From the NCBI GenBank assembly GCA_937888935.1, contig CALARO010000166.1, positions 1-35,946 of the forward strand: a stretch of DNA of 35,946 nucleotides, given 5' to 3'. This DNA comes from an uncultured Clostridia bacterium. GTDB lineage: Bacteria; Bacillota; Clostridia; Christensenellales; Borkfalkiaceae. Within the stretch, counting starts at the first letter, position 1; each line of letters opens with the position of its first letter. Below, piece by piece: positions 33,685 to 35,946 of this stretch. The notes below the pieces were generated by a model. The model ran no database searches. It was not told where the DNA came from and worked only from the letters and a program-made list of their open reading frames with translations. Position numbers and translations under genes: made by a program.

Positions 33685-34989
33685 ATGGCGAAAAACACCG
33701 AGAAAAATTCTCATTATATTTCCGCGAAAGAATCGCGGCAGATCGCCAAGGAAAACCGCGAGAAAATCAAGTACTACGAGAGCAGAAAGAAGCGCAAAAT
33801 CGTAGAGAGCGAATTTGTGGCGGAAATGAAAGATCCTTCCAATCTCGTGGAATTTGAAAACCTGCACACGTATTTCTTTTCGGACGCAGGCGTGGTGAAA
33901 GCGGTAAACGGCGTTACGTTTTCCATTCCCGAAGGCAGCACCGTGGGGGTGGTGGGTGAATCCGGCTGCGGGAAAAGCGTCACTTCGCTTTCTTTGATGC
34001 AGCTCGTGCAAGCGCCCAGCGGACAAATCGTAGACGGCGCGATCCGTTTCAAAACGCACACGTTCAAACGCGACGAAAACGGCAAGAAAATCCCCGTGTA
34101 CGAAACAGAAACGAACGAAGCGGGCGAAACCGTGGTAAAAACGAACGAAAAGGGCAAGCCGATCAAGCGTAAAAACGATCTCGGCGGCACGCTGTTCGAA
34201 ATGGAAGATAAAGTGTACGACATCGCCAAAATGCCTACGCAGGCGATGCAGAACATTCGCGGCAGAGAAATCGCCATGATCTTTCAAGAACCGATGACGT
34301 CGCTCAACCCCGTGTTTACAATCGGCAATCAGCTCGACGAAGTGGCGAAATTGCACATCACCGACCTGCCGAAAGATAAAATCCGCGAGCGTTCGATTGA
34401 AATGCTCAATCGCGTGGGCATTGCCGACGCGGCGGGCGTGTACAAGAAATACCCGCACGAGCTTTCGGGCGGTATGCGGCAAAGAGTAATGATCGCCATG
34501 GCGCTCATCTGCGATCCGAAACTGATCGTGGCGGACGAGCCGACCACCGCGCTCGACGTTACCATTCAGGCGCAGATTCTCGACTTGCTGCGCGACATCA
34601 AGGAAAAGAACAAAAGCTCGATTATGCTCATCACGCACGATCTCGGCGTGGTGGCGGAAATGGCGGACTACGTGGTGGTAATGTACGCCGGCAAGATTAT
34701 CGAAATGGGGACTACGGAAGATATTTTCGATCGTCCGCTGCACCCGTACACGATCGGCTTGCAGAAGAGCAAACCCACGGTAGACGACGAAACGGAAGAA
34801 TTGTACTGTATTCCCGGTTTCGTGCCGAACCCCGTGGATATGCCGAATTATTGCTACTTCCGCGATCGCTGCGAGAAGTGCATGAAGAAATGCGCGGGCG
34901 AGTACCCGGAATTGATCGAAGTAAGCAAAACGCACAAGGTGGCGTGCTATCTTTACGAAAACGAAAAGGAGGCGAAAGGAAATGTCTGA
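33685..34989 (+). CDS. Peptide-type ABC transporter ATP-binding protein (OppD/DppD-like) with an N-terminal extension and an internal insertion
   Basis: ATG at 33685, 8 nt after AAGAGG (GTG at 33676 is an alternative). Walker A GESGCGKS, Q-loop MIFQEP, signature LSGGMRQR, Walker B IVADEPTTALD, H-loop ITHDLG. C-terminal oligopeptide-type Cys-rich tail. Confidence 0.9.
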   Translation: MAKNTEKNSHYISAKESRQIAKENREKIKYYESRKKRKIVESEFVAEMKDPSNLVEFENLHTYFFSDAGVVKAVNGVTFSIPEGSTVGVVGESGCGKSVTSLSLMQLVQAPSGQIVDGAIRFKTHTFKRDENGKKIPVYETETNEAGETVVKTNEKGKPIKRKNDLGGTLFEMEDKVYDIAKMPTQAMQNIRGREIAMIFQEPMTSLNPVFTIGNQLDEVAKLHITDLPKDKIRERSIEMLNRVGIADAAGVYKKYPHELSGGMRQRVMIAMALICDPKLIVADEPTTALDVTIQAQILDLLRDIKEKNKSSIMLITHDLGVVAEMADYVVVMYAGKIIEMGTTEDIFDRPLHPYTIGLQKSKPTVDDETEELYCIPGFVPNPVDMPNYCYFRDRCEKCMKKCAGEYPELIEVSKTHKVACYLYENEKEAKGNV

Positions 34990-35946
34990 AAACGTTGCGG
35001 CGGAAACAAACGCCGCTGAAATTGCGGACGAAACGAAAGCCCCGCTTCTCGAAGTAAAGCACCTGAAAAAATATTTCGTCACGGGGAAGAGCTTTTTCGG
35101 CAAACCCACCGAATATCTGCGCGCGGTAGACGACGTTTCCTTCACTCTGGAAAAGGGAAAAACGCTGGGAATCGTGGGCGAATCGGGTTGCGGTAAAACC
35201 ACGATGGGGCGCACGCTTTTGCGCCTTTACGATATAACGGACGGCGAAATCTGGTTTAAGGGCAGAGAAGTTTCGAAAATCAAGGATAAAGAATTCGAGA
35301 AACTGCGCCCGATGATGCAGATGATCTTTCAAGACCCGTACGCAAGTTTGTCGCCGCGTATGACGGTTGGCGAGATTATCGGCGAAGCCGCGCTCGAACA
35401 CAAGATTGTGGATAAAAAACACTACCGCGAATACGTGCTTGGCGTGATGAAAATGTGCGGATTGCAGCCGCATTATTTCGAGAGATACCCGCATGAATTT
35501 TCGGGCGGGCAGCGGCAAAGAATCTGTATCGCGCGCGCGTTGGCGTTAAAGCCCGAACTTGTGGTGTGCGATGAGCCGGTTTCCGCGCTGGACGTATCCA
35601 TTCAGGCGCAGGTGATCAATATGCTCAAAGACTTGCAGAAAGAGCTTGGTCTTGCCTACGTGTTTATCACGCACGATCTTTCGGTGGTGAAGCACATTTC
35701 CGATAATATCGGCGTAATGTATCTCGGGAACATGGTGGAATATGCTTCGAAGAAGCAGATTTTCGAAAACACCCTGCATCCGTACACGAAAGCGTTGTTT
35801 TCGGCTGTACCTGTGCCTGACCCGCACGTGAAGATGAAGCGGATCATTTTGCAAGGGGATATTCCTTCGCCTGTGCATCCGCCCGAAGGATGCAGATTTC
35901 ACACCCGTTGCAGCGAGTGCATGAAGGTTTGCGAGAAGATCCGCCC
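34982..35946 (+). CDS. Peptide-type ABC transporter ATP-binding protein (OppF/DppF-like), 3' end truncated by the window
   Basis: Not in the ORF track because it has no stop in the window. ATG at 34982 overlaps the upstream TGA (34987-34989). My translation is stop-free to 35946. Walker A GESGCGKT, signature FSGGQRQR, Walker B VVCDEPVSALD, H-loop ITHDLS, HPYTKAL tail. Confidence 0.9.
   Translation, partial: MSENVAAETNAAEIADETKAPLLEVKHLKKYFVTGKSFFGKPTEYLRAVDDVSFTLEKGKTLGIVGESGCGKTTMGRTLLRLYDITDGEIWFKGREVSKIKDKEFEKLRPMMQMIFQDPYASLSPRMTVGEIIGEAALEHKIVDKKHYREYVLGVMKMCGLQPHYFERYPHEFSGGQRQRICIARALALKPELVVCDEPVSALDVSIQAQVINMLKDLQKELGLAYVFITHDLSVVKHISDNIGVMYLGNMVEYASKKQIFENTLHPYTKALFSAVPVPDPHVKMKRIILQGDIPSPVHPPEGCRFHTRCSECMKVCEKIR

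Noticed and set aside
33538-35214. A 558-aa minus-strand ORF antisense to the OppD/OppF-like genes
   Set aside because: Same in-register shadow-ORF artefact. The sense strand has Walker A/B and ABC signature motifs.
597-35902. All other minus-strand or alternate-frame ORFs that overlap the called genes, for example 2541-3086, 5919-6701, 7484-8263, 10829-11584, 12289-13077, 13207-13863, 14431-14955, 15777-16451, 18769-19287, 23973-24875, 25671-26693, 27640-28245, 29385-30161, 30411-31358, 32986-33567, 34712-35518 and 35546-35902
   Set aside because: Each lies wholly inside a gene with strong motif support in another frame or strand. The translations are Arg/Phe/His-rich shadow sequences without RBS, signal or domain motifs.
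1-35946. Mobile element, prophage, defence system or horizontally acquired island
   Set aside because: No integrase, transposase, recombinase, nuclease, helicase, methyltransferase or reverse-transcriptase motifs. No terminal inverted repeats or tRNA attachment sites. Codon style looks uniform across the window.

Overview
The window looks like chromosomal DNA from a Gram-positive, Clostridia-like Bacillota genome. Evidence: strong GGAGG-type ribosome-binding sites, near-consensus sigma-A promoters, many lipobox lipoproteins and moderate GC. No rRNA, tRNA, CRISPR array, transposase, integrase or phage gene was seen. Almost all sequence is coding. I infer six transcription units. (1) + strand, 2-7145: the tail of a Bat-type cluster (a truncated membrane protein and a BatA-helix/double-VWA protein), chained to two large lipoproteins. 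(2) + strand, 7319-10534: a 1071-aa lipoprotein with its own promoter and terminator. (3) + strand, 10791-11741: a YitT-family membrane protein. (4) + strand, 11899-15510: a 1043-aa lipoprotein with an embedded WCGPC thioredoxin fold, plus a small lipoprotein. (5) - strand, 18167-15642: a three-gene operon encoding a 5-TM protein with a C-terminal CxxC tail, a NapH-like CX3CP/2x[4Fe-4S] membrane polyferredoxin, and a membrane-anchored TlpA-type thioredoxin. It is transcribed divergently from a UPF0597/L-cysteine-desulfidase-family gene (18393-19715). (6) + strand, from 20052 to beyond the window end (over 15 kb): a 2444-aa membrane-anchored S8 subtilase fused to BspA-type leucine-rich repeats, an InlB-B-repeat lipoprotein, and a complete peptide-type ABC importer (binding protein, two permeases, two ATPases; the last is truncated at 35946). 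The best candidate for an undescribed system is unit 5 with its neighbours. It may be an Fe-S/CX3CP-based membrane thiol-redox module with no CcdA/DsbD partner, and it converges on a thioredoxin-bearing lipoprotein. All product calls rest on motifs read by eye; no database search was possible.
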